Part shown: one piece after another, positions 43,894-52,261 of the stretch
Position numbering within the stretch: position 1 is the first letter of the stretch
How the letters are laid out: each line of letters begins with the position of its first letter
Assembly: GCA_903859215.1 (NCBI GenBank)
Contig: CAIOLW010000161.1
Coordinates: 23,131-87,130 of the forward strand
Source of the DNA: an uncultured bacterium
Lineage (GTDB): Bacteria > Krumholzibacteriota > Krumholzibacteriia > LZORAL124-64-63
Reading direction: 5' to 3'
DNA: 64,000 bases
Translations under genes and position numbers: made by a program
Notes under the pieces: model-generated
What the model was told of the DNA's origin: nothing
Databases searched by the model: none
The model's input: the letters and a program-made list of their open reading frames with translations, nothing else

Positions 43894-45075
43894 GTGACCC
43901 GAGCGCGGCCGCGCCACGTCTTCCTGTCCTGCGGCGAAGCCAGCGGCGACCGCTACGGCGCCCGCGTGGTCGAATCGCTGCGGCGACGTGATCCCCACCT
44001 GCGCATCAGCGCGCTCGGCGGCTCCGCCCTGAAGGCGGCGGGGGTCGAGATCATCCGCTCTTCCGACGATGTCGCGGTCATGGGCCTCGGCGAGGTGGCT
44101 CGCGCGTTGCCCGCCCTGTGGGCTGCCCGGCGCGCGGTCGAGCGTCATCTGACCCACGAGGGTGTGGACCTCTTCCTGCCCATCGACTTCCCCGGTTTCA
44201 ACGGGCCATTGGCCGGGACGGCGCATCGCGCCGGCGTGCCGGTGTTCTGGCTCGTGGCGCCCCAACTCTGGGCGTGGGGGGGCTGGCGCGCCGGCTCGCT
44301 GCGGCGGAACATCGACCTGCTCGGGACGATCCTCCCGTTCGAGCCGGACTATTTCCGGGCCCGGGGCTTCGAGGTGGCCGCGCTGGGACACCCCCTGATG
44401 GATGACTACGCCGGACGGTTCCCGTTCGAGTCGTCGACGGCGGCGCGCGAGGAACGCCTCGGCCAGCGGGGCGGGCCGCTCACCATCGGCCTGTTGCCCG
44501 GCAGCCGGCGGCAGGAACTGGACGCGCTGCTGCCGATCCTGAAGGTCACCAGCCAGACCATCATCGGGCATCTCGGCGGTCGCGATGTCCGCTTCGTGCT
44601 GAGCCTCGCCCCGGGCGTGGACCGCGACTGGCTGGGCGCGCGTTTCCAGTTCGGCGCCGAGGTGACCGCAGAGCCGCTGCCGACGCTCCTGCCGCGCCTC
44701 GACCTGGCGCTCGTGTGCAGCGGGACGGCGAGCCTCGAGGCTGCGCTGGCCGGCGTGCCGCACGAGATCGTCTACCGGACCGGCGCCCTGACGGCCTTCG
44801 CAGCCCGGCGCCTGCTGAAGGTCCGCCACATCGGGCTGGCCAACCTCGTCATGGACCGTCGCCTGGTGCGCGAGCATGTGCAGGACGAGGCCGCCCCGCT
44901 GCCGCTGGCCCGCGACCTGCTGACGTGGCTGGCGCGACCCGCGGATCGCGCCACCTTCCACGACGATGTCCGCCAGTTGCGCAAGGTGTGCGGCGCCCCG
45001 GGCGCCTGGGACCGCGCGGCGCTCGCCGCGATCGGACTCATGGAAAGCCGGCAGCGGGCCGCGGAGCGTCGCTGA
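43894..45075 (+). CDS. lpxB: Lipid-A-disaccharide synthase
   Basis: VFLSCGEASGDRYGA N-terminal motif; 393 aa; GT19 pattern (LLPGSRRQEL, CSGTASLEAAL). Confidence 0.9.
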   Translation: MTRARPRHVFLSCGEASGDRYGARVVESLRRRDPHLRISALGGSALKAAGVEIIRSSDDVAVMGLGEVARALPALWAARRAVERHLTHEGVDLFLPIDFPGFNGPLAGTAHRAGVPVFWLVAPQLWAWGGWRAGSLRRNIDLLGTILPFEPDYFRARGFEVAALGHPLMDDYAGRFPFESSTAAREERLGQRGGPLTIGLLPGSRRQELDALLPILKVTSQTIIGHLGGRDVRFVLSLAPGVDRDWLGARFQFGAEVTAEPLPTLLPRLDLALVCSGTASLEAALAGVPHEIVYRTGALTAFAARRLLKVRHIGLANLVMDRRLVREHVQDEAAPLPLARDLLTWLARPADRATFHDDVRQLRKVCGAPGAWDRAALAAIGLMESRQRAAERR

Positions 45076-45076
45076 G

Positions 45077-45691
45077 ATGGGCCCGCAGGCGCTCAAGCTG
45101 AAACTGGCGCCCGCCTCGTGGCGCCTGCTGCTGCGTTCGGTGCGCCTGGCGCCGACCGATGTCCTGGCCGCCGGCGCGCCTGCCGGTCCGGTGATCTACG
45201 CCTGCCTCCACCGCGACATCCTGCCCTGCCTCATGTTCGTGCGTACGGCGAAGCCGCACCTGCTGGTCAGCGGCAGCGAGGACGGCGACATCCTCGTGCG
45301 CGCACTGGCGGGCGCCGGTTTCGGTTTCGTGCGGGGGGCCACCGGCGAGGGCGGGGGCCGTGCCCTCGTCGAGATGCGGCGCGTGCTGGCTGCCGGCGGC
45401 GCGGTGGGGATCGCCGTCGACGGGCCGAAGGGACCCTTCGGGGAGATCCGCGACGGCATCACGCACCTGTCGCGGCTGACCGGCACTCCCGTAGTGCCGC
45501 TGGCGGCCGAGGCGTCGTGGGCCTTGCGGCTGCGCACGTGGGACAGGACCGTCGTGCCGCTGCCCGGCTCGATCGTCAGGATGCGGGTCGGCCCGGCCAC
45601 GGTCGTCGGCGACGGCGCGCCCGAGGATCAGGCCGCGCGGCTGCGCGCGACCCTGGCGGCATTCTTCGACCCCGGAGGCGGCCCGTCGTGA
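45077..45691 (+). CDS. DUF374-family (LpxJ-like) lysophospholipid-acyltransferase-superfamily protein
   Basis: ATG 45077, 1 nt after the lpxB stop. VIYACLHRD, SGSEDGDIL, GFVRGATGEGGGRAL, AVDGPKGP are hallmarks of DUF374. Family membership is from memory. Confidence 0.7.
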   Translation: MGPQALKLKLAPASWRLLLRSVRLAPTDVLAAGAPAGPVIYACLHRDILPCLMFVRTAKPHLLVSGSEDGDILVRALAGAGFGFVRGATGEGGGRALVEMRRVLAAGGAVGIAVDGPKGPFGEIRDGITHLSRLTGTPVVPLAAEASWALRLRTWDRTVVPLPGSIVRMRVGPATVVGDGAPEDQAARLRATLAAFFDPGGGPS

Positions 45692-46770
45692 GAATCGTCG
45701 ACCTACGGCCGGCGCCGGTGCGCTGCCTGACCGCGCGTTGGCACGCCAACGGCGCCAGCAGGCCCCGTGGAATCGCAGCCCTGACATCGAGGATGGCGGA
45801 TGCCTGGCTGGCCCGCCAGGCGGCGCAGCGTCCGTTCCCGCCGGAGGCGCCGCTGGTGGTCTCGATCGGGAACCTGGCCCTCGGCGGCACGGGCAAGACC
45901 CCCGTGACGGCGCAACTGGCGCTGGACCTGGCGGCGTCCGGTGCACGCGGCGCCGTCCTCACCCGGGGATTCGGGTCGCGACTGGCTGGGCCGCTGCTGG
46001 TCAAGGCAGCGACGGCCGGAGCCGGGGACGAGGCGCGCCTCCTGGCCGCAACGCTGGAACCGGCAGGCTGGGTTGTCGTGCAGGCGCGGCGCCGGTCCGC
46101 CGGCCTGCAGATGCTGCAGCGCGCCCGCAGCGCGCTGGATGTCGTGCTGCTCGAGGACGGCCACCAGACCGCCGGCGTCGGCAGGCACACCGACATCGTC
46201 ATCCTGGACGCGTGGGAGCGGCAGCCCGGCGCCGGGGGCGACGAACTCCTGCCCCTGACCGGCGCCACCGCGCCGTTCGGCCCCTGGCGCGAATCCGCCC
46301 GCGGCGCCGTCCGGGCCGGCATCTGGCTGGTCGAAACGGACCCGACGGGTCTCGGGGCGCCGAACGGGACGCAGGTCGCGGGCTTCTCCCGTTCCTTCCG
46401 GGTCGCGGGCGACGTCACCGCGGCCGGGGCAGCCGTCGTGCTCCTGTCGGGAATCGCCCGGCCGGCGCCGTTCGAGGTCGAGGCCTGCCGCCATCTCGCG
46501 GCGCCCGCCGTGGCCGCGGTGCGCTGCGCCGATCACGAGCCGTACGGACCCCGCACGCTGGCGCGCCTCGACCGTGTCCTGCGCGAGACGCGCGCAACGC
46601 TGGTCGTGACCACCGCCAAGGACCACGTCAAGCTGGCGCCGGTCTGGGGCTCGCGACCGCCGCTCGCGGTGCTGGAATTGTGCGTGAGGTGGGAAGGAAC
46701 GCCGACGCTCCCGGACCTGGTCCGGGAGCGCCTCGATGCCGTCCGCCGTGGAGAACCCGTGTTCTGCTAG
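45688..46770 (+). CDS. lpxK: Tetraacyldisaccharide 4'-kinase
   Basis: GTG 45688 overlaps the upstream TGA. P-loop SIGNLALGGTGKTP; TRGFG. Confidence 0.85.
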   Translation: MRIVDLRPAPVRCLTARWHANGASRPRGIAALTSRMADAWLARQAAQRPFPPEAPLVVSIGNLALGGTGKTPVTAQLALDLAASGARGAVLTRGFGSRLAGPLLVKAATAGAGDEARLLAATLEPAGWVVVQARRRSAGLQMLQRARSALDVVLLEDGHQTAGVGRHTDIVILDAWERQPGAGGDELLPLTGATAPFGPWRESARGAVRAGIWLVETDPTGLGAPNGTQVAGFSRSFRVAGDVTAAGAAVVLLSGIARPAPFEVEACRHLAAPAVAAVRCADHEPYGPRTLARLDRVLRETRATLVVTTAKDHVKLAPVWGSRPPLAVLELCVRWEGTPTLPDLVRERLDAVRRGEPVFC

Positions 46771-47333
46771 TTGTTGGAGATCGCGCCAAGGAACGTGACC
46801 GTCGTCCCGGCCGGGATCGCCACCTCGTGTTCGCTGCCTTCCACGTGACCATAGAAGACCAGGTCGAGGTTCGCCGTATAGATGACGGCGCTGTCGGCGG
46901 CGGGATACCAGGCCTCCTGCTTGATCTCCTGCCGGCAGAGCAGGAATTGCGTGACGGCCTCTTCGTTGACCGGGACGCGGAGCGACAGGTTGTTGCGCGT
47001 CACGTTGTAGGTCGTCAACTCCGCCGGCGCGTTGGCGCCGGGCGTCCACGTGGCCGAGTAGCCCGTGATGATGAAGGCGCTGTAGGCGCCTTCGGACGTG
47101 ATCGTCGAGGCGGAACTGTAGGGCCGCGCCCAGAACCGCACGCTGATCATGTCCAGGGGAACGTACGGGTTCATCGGATCGGTGACGTTCGCCGCCGCCG
47201 ACACGATGGGCGCGCCTTCGTTCAGCAACTTCACGGAACAGACGATCGTTTGCCACTCGTTGTTGTTGTTCATGGCGCAGCCGCTGGTCAGCAGTGCGGC
47301 GGCGAGCAAGGCCAGCAAGGCACGGGATTTCAC
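46767..47333 (-). CDS. Uncharacterised lipoprotein (orphan, minus strand)
   Basis: GTG at 47333 preceded by AGGAGG (7-nt spacer). Lipobox LLTSGC. 188 aa, beta-rich. Lower G+C than flanks. Its stop overlaps the lpxK stop within CTAG (46767-46770). Confidence 0.65.
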   Translation of the reverse strand: MKSRALLALLAAALLTSGCAMNNNNEWQTIVCSVKLLNEGAPIVSAAANVTDPMNPYVPLDMISVRFWARPYSSASTITSEGAYSAFIITGYSATWTPGANAPAELTTYNVTRNNLSLRVPVNEEAVTQFLLCRQEIKQEAWYPAADSAVIYTANLDLVFYGHVEGSEHEVAIPAGTTVTFLGAISNN

Positions 47334-47484
47334 GTTGGATCCTCCTGGTGGACAGACATCCGTCCCAATGTGTATGTTCCACGGCGCAATTGAGATCGAC
47401 CGCTGGCGGCGTGGCTTTAGCGCAATCATCGTGCGTGTTTCCAGCGGTTTCCGGGCGAGTCCCTACCTTTCCGGATGGTTTCCC

Positions 47485-49152
47485 GTGACACCCCAGAGTT
47501 CCCCCGAGACCGTCGTGAGCCGTTGCCTGGTGATCGGTTCGGGCATTGCAGGCTTGCAGTTCGCCCTGTTGGCCGCCGGCGGCGGCCCTGTCCGGGTGGT
47601 TACGAAGAAGGAAAGCCGGGAGAGCAGCACGAACTACGCGCAGGGGGGAATCGCGGCGGCGGTATCGCCGCTGGACGACTTCGAGGCGCACGTCCGGGAC
47701 ACCCTCACGGCCGGGGACGGGCTCTGCCGGGAAGCCGTCGTGCGGCGGATGGTCGAGGCGGGGCCGCGGCTCATCGACCGCCTCCTCGGCTACGGCGTGG
47801 CCTTCAGCCGCGATGCCGACGGCGAACTGGCCCTCGGGCGGGAAGGCGGCCACACGCGTCGCCGCGTGCTCCACTGCCGGGACCTGACCGGTCGCGAGAT
47901 CGAGGAGCGGCTGCTCGCCGCCTGCAACGCGCACGCGAACATCACCGTCGACGAAGACCACATGGGCCTCGATCTCGTGCGCGGGGATGAGGTCGGGCTC
48001 GAGGGCGACGCGGCCGGGCGGATCGTCGGCGCGCGCGTGCTGGACCGGCGCACCCGGCACGTGGTGCTGCACCTGGCCGACGCGGTGGTGCTGGCGACCG
48101 GCGGCTGCGGCAAGGTCTACCTGTACACGAGCAACCCCGACATCGCGACGGGCGATGGACTGGCGATGGCCTTCCGCGCCGGCGCCGAGCTGCGCAACCT
48201 CGAGTTCGTGCAGTTCCACCCGACCTGCCTGTTCCATGCCGAGGCCAAGAGCTTCCTGATCAGCGAAGCGGTGCGCGGCGAGGGCGCCGTGCTCATCAAT
48301 CACCGCGGCGTGCGCTTCATGACCCGCCACCACCCGCAGGCCGACCTCGCTCCGCGCGACGCCGTGGCGCGCGCCATCGACCAGGAGATGAAGGCCAGCG
48401 GCGAGAACTGCGTCTACCTGGACCTCAGGCATCTCGACCGCGCGATGGTCGAGAGCCGCTTCCCGAACCTGGTGGCGGCCTGCCGCCGCTTCGGGCTCGA
48501 CATGGCGGGGGAGCCCATCCCTGTCGTGCCGGCCGCGCACTACATGTGCGGTGGCGTGGCCGTCGACCTCGATGCGCGCACGACACTGCCCGGCCTGTTC
48601 GCGATCGGCGAGACCGCCTGCACCGGGATCCACGGTGCCAACCGGCTGGCGAGCAATTCACTGCTCGAGGCCGTGTTCTTCGCCGAGAGCGCCGCGGCCG
48701 CAGTGGCCGCCGAGCCGCGCCTGTTCGGCTCGCGCCTGCCTTCGGCGCCGTCGCCCGTCGCCTACACCGGCCCTGCCGGCCCCGGCACGCTGCCGGTCGT
48801 CGTCGAACACGACTGGGACGAACTGCGCCGCGTGATGTGGGACTATGTCGGCATCGTGCGCGACCGCGAACGCCTCGAGATCGCGCTCGGCCGCGTGCGG
48901 GCCATCCGGCGCACGGCCGAGACGGTGCGCCGGCGCACCGCGCCGACCCCGGAACTGGCCGAGCTGGCGAACATCGCGCTGCTGGGCGAGCTCATCGTCA
49001 TCTGCGCGCTCTCGCGGTCGGAAAGCCGGGGCCTCCACTACACGCTGGACCATCCGGACCGCCTGCCCGAAGCCGTCGACTCCGTCATCCGCCGCGGCGT
49101 CCCGCTGGCGGGCGAGACGTGCCGCGAATACCCGGGACCCACCGGTGGCTGA
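47485..49152 (+). CDS. nadB: L-aspartate oxidase
   Basis: FAD motif VIGSGIAGL, TNYAQGGIAA, HYMCGGVAVD, GANRLASNSLLE. Start GTG 47485 or GTG 47515. Confidence 0.9.
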   Translation: MTPQSSPETVVSRCLVIGSGIAGLQFALLAAGGGPVRVVTKKESRESSTNYAQGGIAAAVSPLDDFEAHVRDTLTAGDGLCREAVVRRMVEAGPRLIDRLLGYGVAFSRDADGELALGREGGHTRRRVLHCRDLTGREIEERLLAACNAHANITVDEDHMGLDLVRGDEVGLEGDAAGRIVGARVLDRRTRHVVLHLADAVVLATGGCGKVYLYTSNPDIATGDGLAMAFRAGAELRNLEFVQFHPTCLFHAEAKSFLISEAVRGEGAVLINHRGVRFMTRHHPQADLAPRDAVARAIDQEMKASGENCVYLDLRHLDRAMVESRFPNLVAACRRFGLDMAGEPIPVVPAAHYMCGGVAVDLDARTTLPGLFAIGETACTGIHGANRLASNSLLEAVFFAESAAAAVAAEPRLFGSRLPSAPSPVAYTGPAGPGTLPVVVEHDWDELRRVMWDYVGIVRDRERLEIALGRVRAIRRTAETVRRRTAPTPELAELANIALLGELIVICALSRSESRGLHYTLDHPDRLPEAVDSVIRRGVPLAGETCREYPGPTGG

Positions 49153-49927
49153 GCCCTGGTACCGAACCGCCTTCGGGGCGTTCTACCCCGTTCTCTACGC
49201 CCACCGCGACGAGGCCGAGGCGCTGCGCTGCCTCGAGCTGCTCCCCCGACTGGCGCCTCTGTTCGACGGGCGTGCGCTCGCGGTGCTGGACCTCGGCTGC
49301 GGTGATGGCCGCCACCTGCCGCTCCTGCGCGCGCGCGGGAGCGCGGTCATCGGGCTGGACCTGTCGTGGCCGCTGCTGCAGGCGGCGCGCGGACGCGGCG
49401 CGCCGCTCGTGCGCGCGGACATGCGCCACCTGCCGGTCCGGGACGGCGCCTGCGGCGCGGTGCTCTCGCTGTTCACGGCCTTCGCGTACTTCGGGCCGGT
49501 GGGCGACGAATCGGTGGTGGCGGGCGTCGCGCGCGTCCTGGCCCCGGGCGGGCACTGGTTCCTCGACTACCTTGACGCCGACCACGTGGCGGCCGAACTG
49601 GCGGCGGCCCCGGGGCGGCGCACGCGGACAGCCGGCCCGCTGGTGGTGACCGAATCGCGGCACCTCGAAGACGGCGGCGCGGCCGTGACAAAGCGGGTGA
49701 CCCTGCGCCCGGCGCCGGGCCTCGAGGCGGAAGCCGCGGCGCTCGACGTCGGCGTGGAAGGGCTCGTGTACGAAGAGCGCGTGGCGCTCTACCCGCTCGC
49801 CGAACTCGATGCGATGGCGGGCCGCCACCGCCTGCGCCGCGTCGCGGCGGCGGGCGGCTATGACGGCGAGCCGCTGGGAACCGGGACCCGCTGGCTGCTC
49901 GCCTACCGGAAGGAAACCGACGCATGA
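49145..49927 (+). CDS. Class I SAM-dependent methyltransferase
   Basis: GTG 49145 overlaps the nadB end. Motif I VLDLGCGDGRH, post-I IGLDLS, and ADMRHLPV...AVLSLFTAFAYF are typical of the Methyltransf_11/25 type. Confidence 0.75.
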   Translation: MAEPWYRTAFGAFYPVLYAHRDEAEALRCLELLPRLAPLFDGRALAVLDLGCGDGRHLPLLRARGSAVIGLDLSWPLLQAARGRGAPLVRADMRHLPVRDGACGAVLSLFTAFAYFGPVGDESVVAGVARVLAPGGHWFLDYLDADHVAAELAAAPGRRTRTAGPLVVTESRHLEDGGAAVTKRVTLRPAPGLEAEAAALDVGVEGLVYEERVALYPLAELDAMAGRHRLRRVAAAGGYDGEPLGTGTRWLLAYRKETDA

Positions 49928-51459
49928 GCCTGGCCTGGAGGGCAGGGGAACCGCTGGCGGCGGGCGACCACGGGGCCCGGTTCGCGGCCTGGCTGCAGGC
50001 TGCGTCTGCCGGCGCGTCGACGGCGGCGGGGCAGGCCCTGGCCTCGCCCGCCGGCAACAGTGCGGCCCCGTTGTTCGCGGCCGCGGACGGCGCCGCCTGG
50101 CGCGCGGCCCGGTCCGTGGGCGCCGACGACGGCTGGGACGCGGCCACGCTTGCGCGCGCGGCGGCGGGCGGCTGCGAGGTCGTGGTGACCGGCCAGCAAC
50201 CGGGCTTCCTCGGCGGTCCACTGCTGACGCTGCACAAGGTGGCCACGGCCATCGCCCTGGCCGAGGCCCGCACCGCGGCCGGCCGGCCGGCGATCGCGGT
50301 CTTCTGGTGCGGGGACGACGACGACGACCTCGTCGAGGCGCTGTCCCCGGTCGGCTGGGATCCTGCTTCGGGCGTTCTCGTGCGCGCGGACGGGCGCGTC
50401 GCGGCGCGCGCCGGCAGCTTCGAACGCCGGATGGTCGGCGCCACACCGGCCGCGCGCTGGTGCGCGCCGGGCGCCGCGCTGCTGCGCCGCCAGGCCTCGG
50501 CGCCGGACGCCGCGCCTCTGGCCGCCGCGCTGGCGTCGCTGTGGGAAGAGGCCCTGCAGGACGGCTGGACGTGGTCCCGGCTGAACGTCGCCGCCGTGCG
50601 CCGGGTCTTCACCGGCCGCGCCCTGGCGGTCGTGCGGGGCGACGACCCGGACCTGCATGCCGCTGCGGGCCCGTTCTACGCCGGGATCGGCCCGCGCCGC
50701 GAGCGCTGCCGCGACCTGGCCCACGAACGGGGCCGCCTCCTGGCCGGCCCGGCGGGACGGGCGCCGGTTTCCGACCGCTCGCTCGACCATCACCTGTTCA
50801 CTGTCGAGGCCGGTCGCCGCCGCCCGCTTCCGCTGGGAGCGCCGCTCCCGGGGCCGTCGCAACTGCGACCGGGTGTGCTCCTGCGCAGCCTCGTCCAGGA
50901 CTGGCTGCTGCGGCCGGTGGCCGTCGTGGCCGGCCCGGGTGAGTGCGCGTACCTCGAGCAACTGGAACCGCTCTACGACGCACTGGGCGTTCCGCGGTGC
51001 CCCCTGGTGCCGCGATTGTTCGCGTGGGTCCTGCCGCCGGGGCTGGACGCCGCCCGCCTGGCGACGCTCGGGCGCGGCGCGACGCTCACCGCCGATGCGG
51101 TGGAACAGTTGGCCGACGGCCTCGCGGCCCGGAACGCGGCGGCCTTGCAGGATGTCCTCGAACGCGAGTTGGGCCTGCCCGCCGAACGGGCAGCATCCCT
51201 GGCTGACGGCCGGGGGCGGCGCTGGCGCCGTGGCGCAGCGGCCCTGCTGCGCGACGAGAACCTGCGGCAGTGGCGGCAGCGGCTGGGCGAGGCGCCCGGC
51301 TGCGTGTTCCCGGATGGCCTGCGGCAGGAGCGTCGCCTGGCGCTGGCGTCCGCTGCCGCGACGTGGGGCGACGACCTGGCGACGACGATCATCGACGCCG
51401 CGCACGACCACCTGGCAGGCGGTGCGGCCGGCCGGTGGCGCGAGTACGTTGTTTCCTGA
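49924..51459 (+). CDS. bshC: Bacillithiol biosynthesis cysteine-adding enzyme BshC
   Basis: The ATG overlaps the methyltransferase stop (ATGA). VVVTGQQPGFLGGPLLTLHKVATAI matches the BshC signature TGQQ.GL.GGP.Y...K. 511 aa. Confidence 0.8.
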   Translation: MSLAWRAGEPLAAGDHGARFAAWLQAASAGASTAAGQALASPAGNSAAPLFAAADGAAWRAARSVGADDGWDAATLARAAAGGCEVVVTGQQPGFLGGPLLTLHKVATAIALAEARTAAGRPAIAVFWCGDDDDDLVEALSPVGWDPASGVLVRADGRVAARAGSFERRMVGATPAARWCAPGAALLRRQASAPDAAPLAAALASLWEEALQDGWTWSRLNVAAVRRVFTGRALAVVRGDDPDLHAAAGPFYAGIGPRRERCRDLAHERGRLLAGPAGRAPVSDRSLDHHLFTVEAGRRRPLPLGAPLPGPSQLRPGVLLRSLVQDWLLRPVAVVAGPGECAYLEQLEPLYDALGVPRCPLVPRLFAWVLPPGLDAARLATLGRGATLTADAVEQLADGLAARNAAALQDVLERELGLPAERAASLADGRGRRWRRGAAALLRDENLRQWRQRLGEAPGCVFPDGLRQERRLALASAAATWGDDLATTIIDAAHDHLAGGAAGRWREYVVS

Positions 51460-51493
51460 GCGTGTACGACGAACGCAACCCGGGACAGGGACG

Positions 51494-52261
51494 ATGATCA
51501 ACGACACGATACCGGCCTGCGATCTCTTGGTGGTTTCCCCGCATCCGGACGACGCCGAGATCGGCGTGGGGGGAACGCTGGCCGCCCTGTGCGCACAGGG
51601 CAGGCGCGTCTGGGCGCTCGAGTTGACCCGCGGCGAACTTGGCACCAACGCGGACCCCCAGGAGCGCTGGGAGGAGGCCGTCGCGGCCGCCGATGTCCTC
51701 GGCCTGGCCGGACGGGTCCAGTTGCAGTTGCCGGACGGCTTCATCGATGCGAACGACCAGGGGCAGGCCGCGGCCGTGGTCGCGGTCATCCGCCGCCTGC
51801 GGCCCGCCTGGCTGGTGACCGCTCCCGAGCCGCTGCGCCACCCCGATCACCAGGCCACGCCGGGCCTCGCGGCGCGCGCAGCCTTCCTGGCGCGGCTGGC
51901 CACGTGGCAGCCGGCACTGCCGCCGCTTCGCTTGCACGGCGCGCCGGCGCTGCCGGACCCGGTCGACCGCTGGGAAACCGCGACCATCGCGCACGTGACG
52001 CCCGAGGACGGGCGGCCGTCGCTGCTGTTCGACATCAGCGCGCATTGGGACCGCAAGCTCCAGGCGCTGGCCTGCTACCGCAGCCAACTCAACCGCGACG
52101 ACGGCCGGCGCGCCACCGTCATCAACGATCCCGCGTTCCTGCAGCGCATCGAGGATCGCGCGCGCCGCTGGGGTCGCCAGGCCGGCACGGCCTACGCCGA
52201 GGCCCTGACCACCCTGCAGGTTCCCGTCGTCGACGATCTTCCGCAGGAGCCGTGGCGCTGA
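51494..52261 (+). CDS. bshB: N-acetyl-alpha-D-glucosaminyl L-malate deacetylase (PIG-L/LmbE family)
   Basis: LLVVSPHPDDAEIGVGGTLA, HPDH motifs; 255 aa; sits between bshC and bshA. Confidence 0.85.
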   Translation: MINDTIPACDLLVVSPHPDDAEIGVGGTLAALCAQGRRVWALELTRGELGTNADPQERWEEAVAAADVLGLAGRVQLQLPDGFIDANDQGQAAAVVAVIRRLRPAWLVTAPEPLRHPDHQATPGLAARAAFLARLATWQPALPPLRLHGAPALPDPVDRWETATIAHVTPEDGRPSLLFDISAHWDRKLQALACYRSQLNRDDGRRATVINDPAFLQRIEDRARRWGRQAGTAYAEALTTLQVPVVDDLPQEPWR

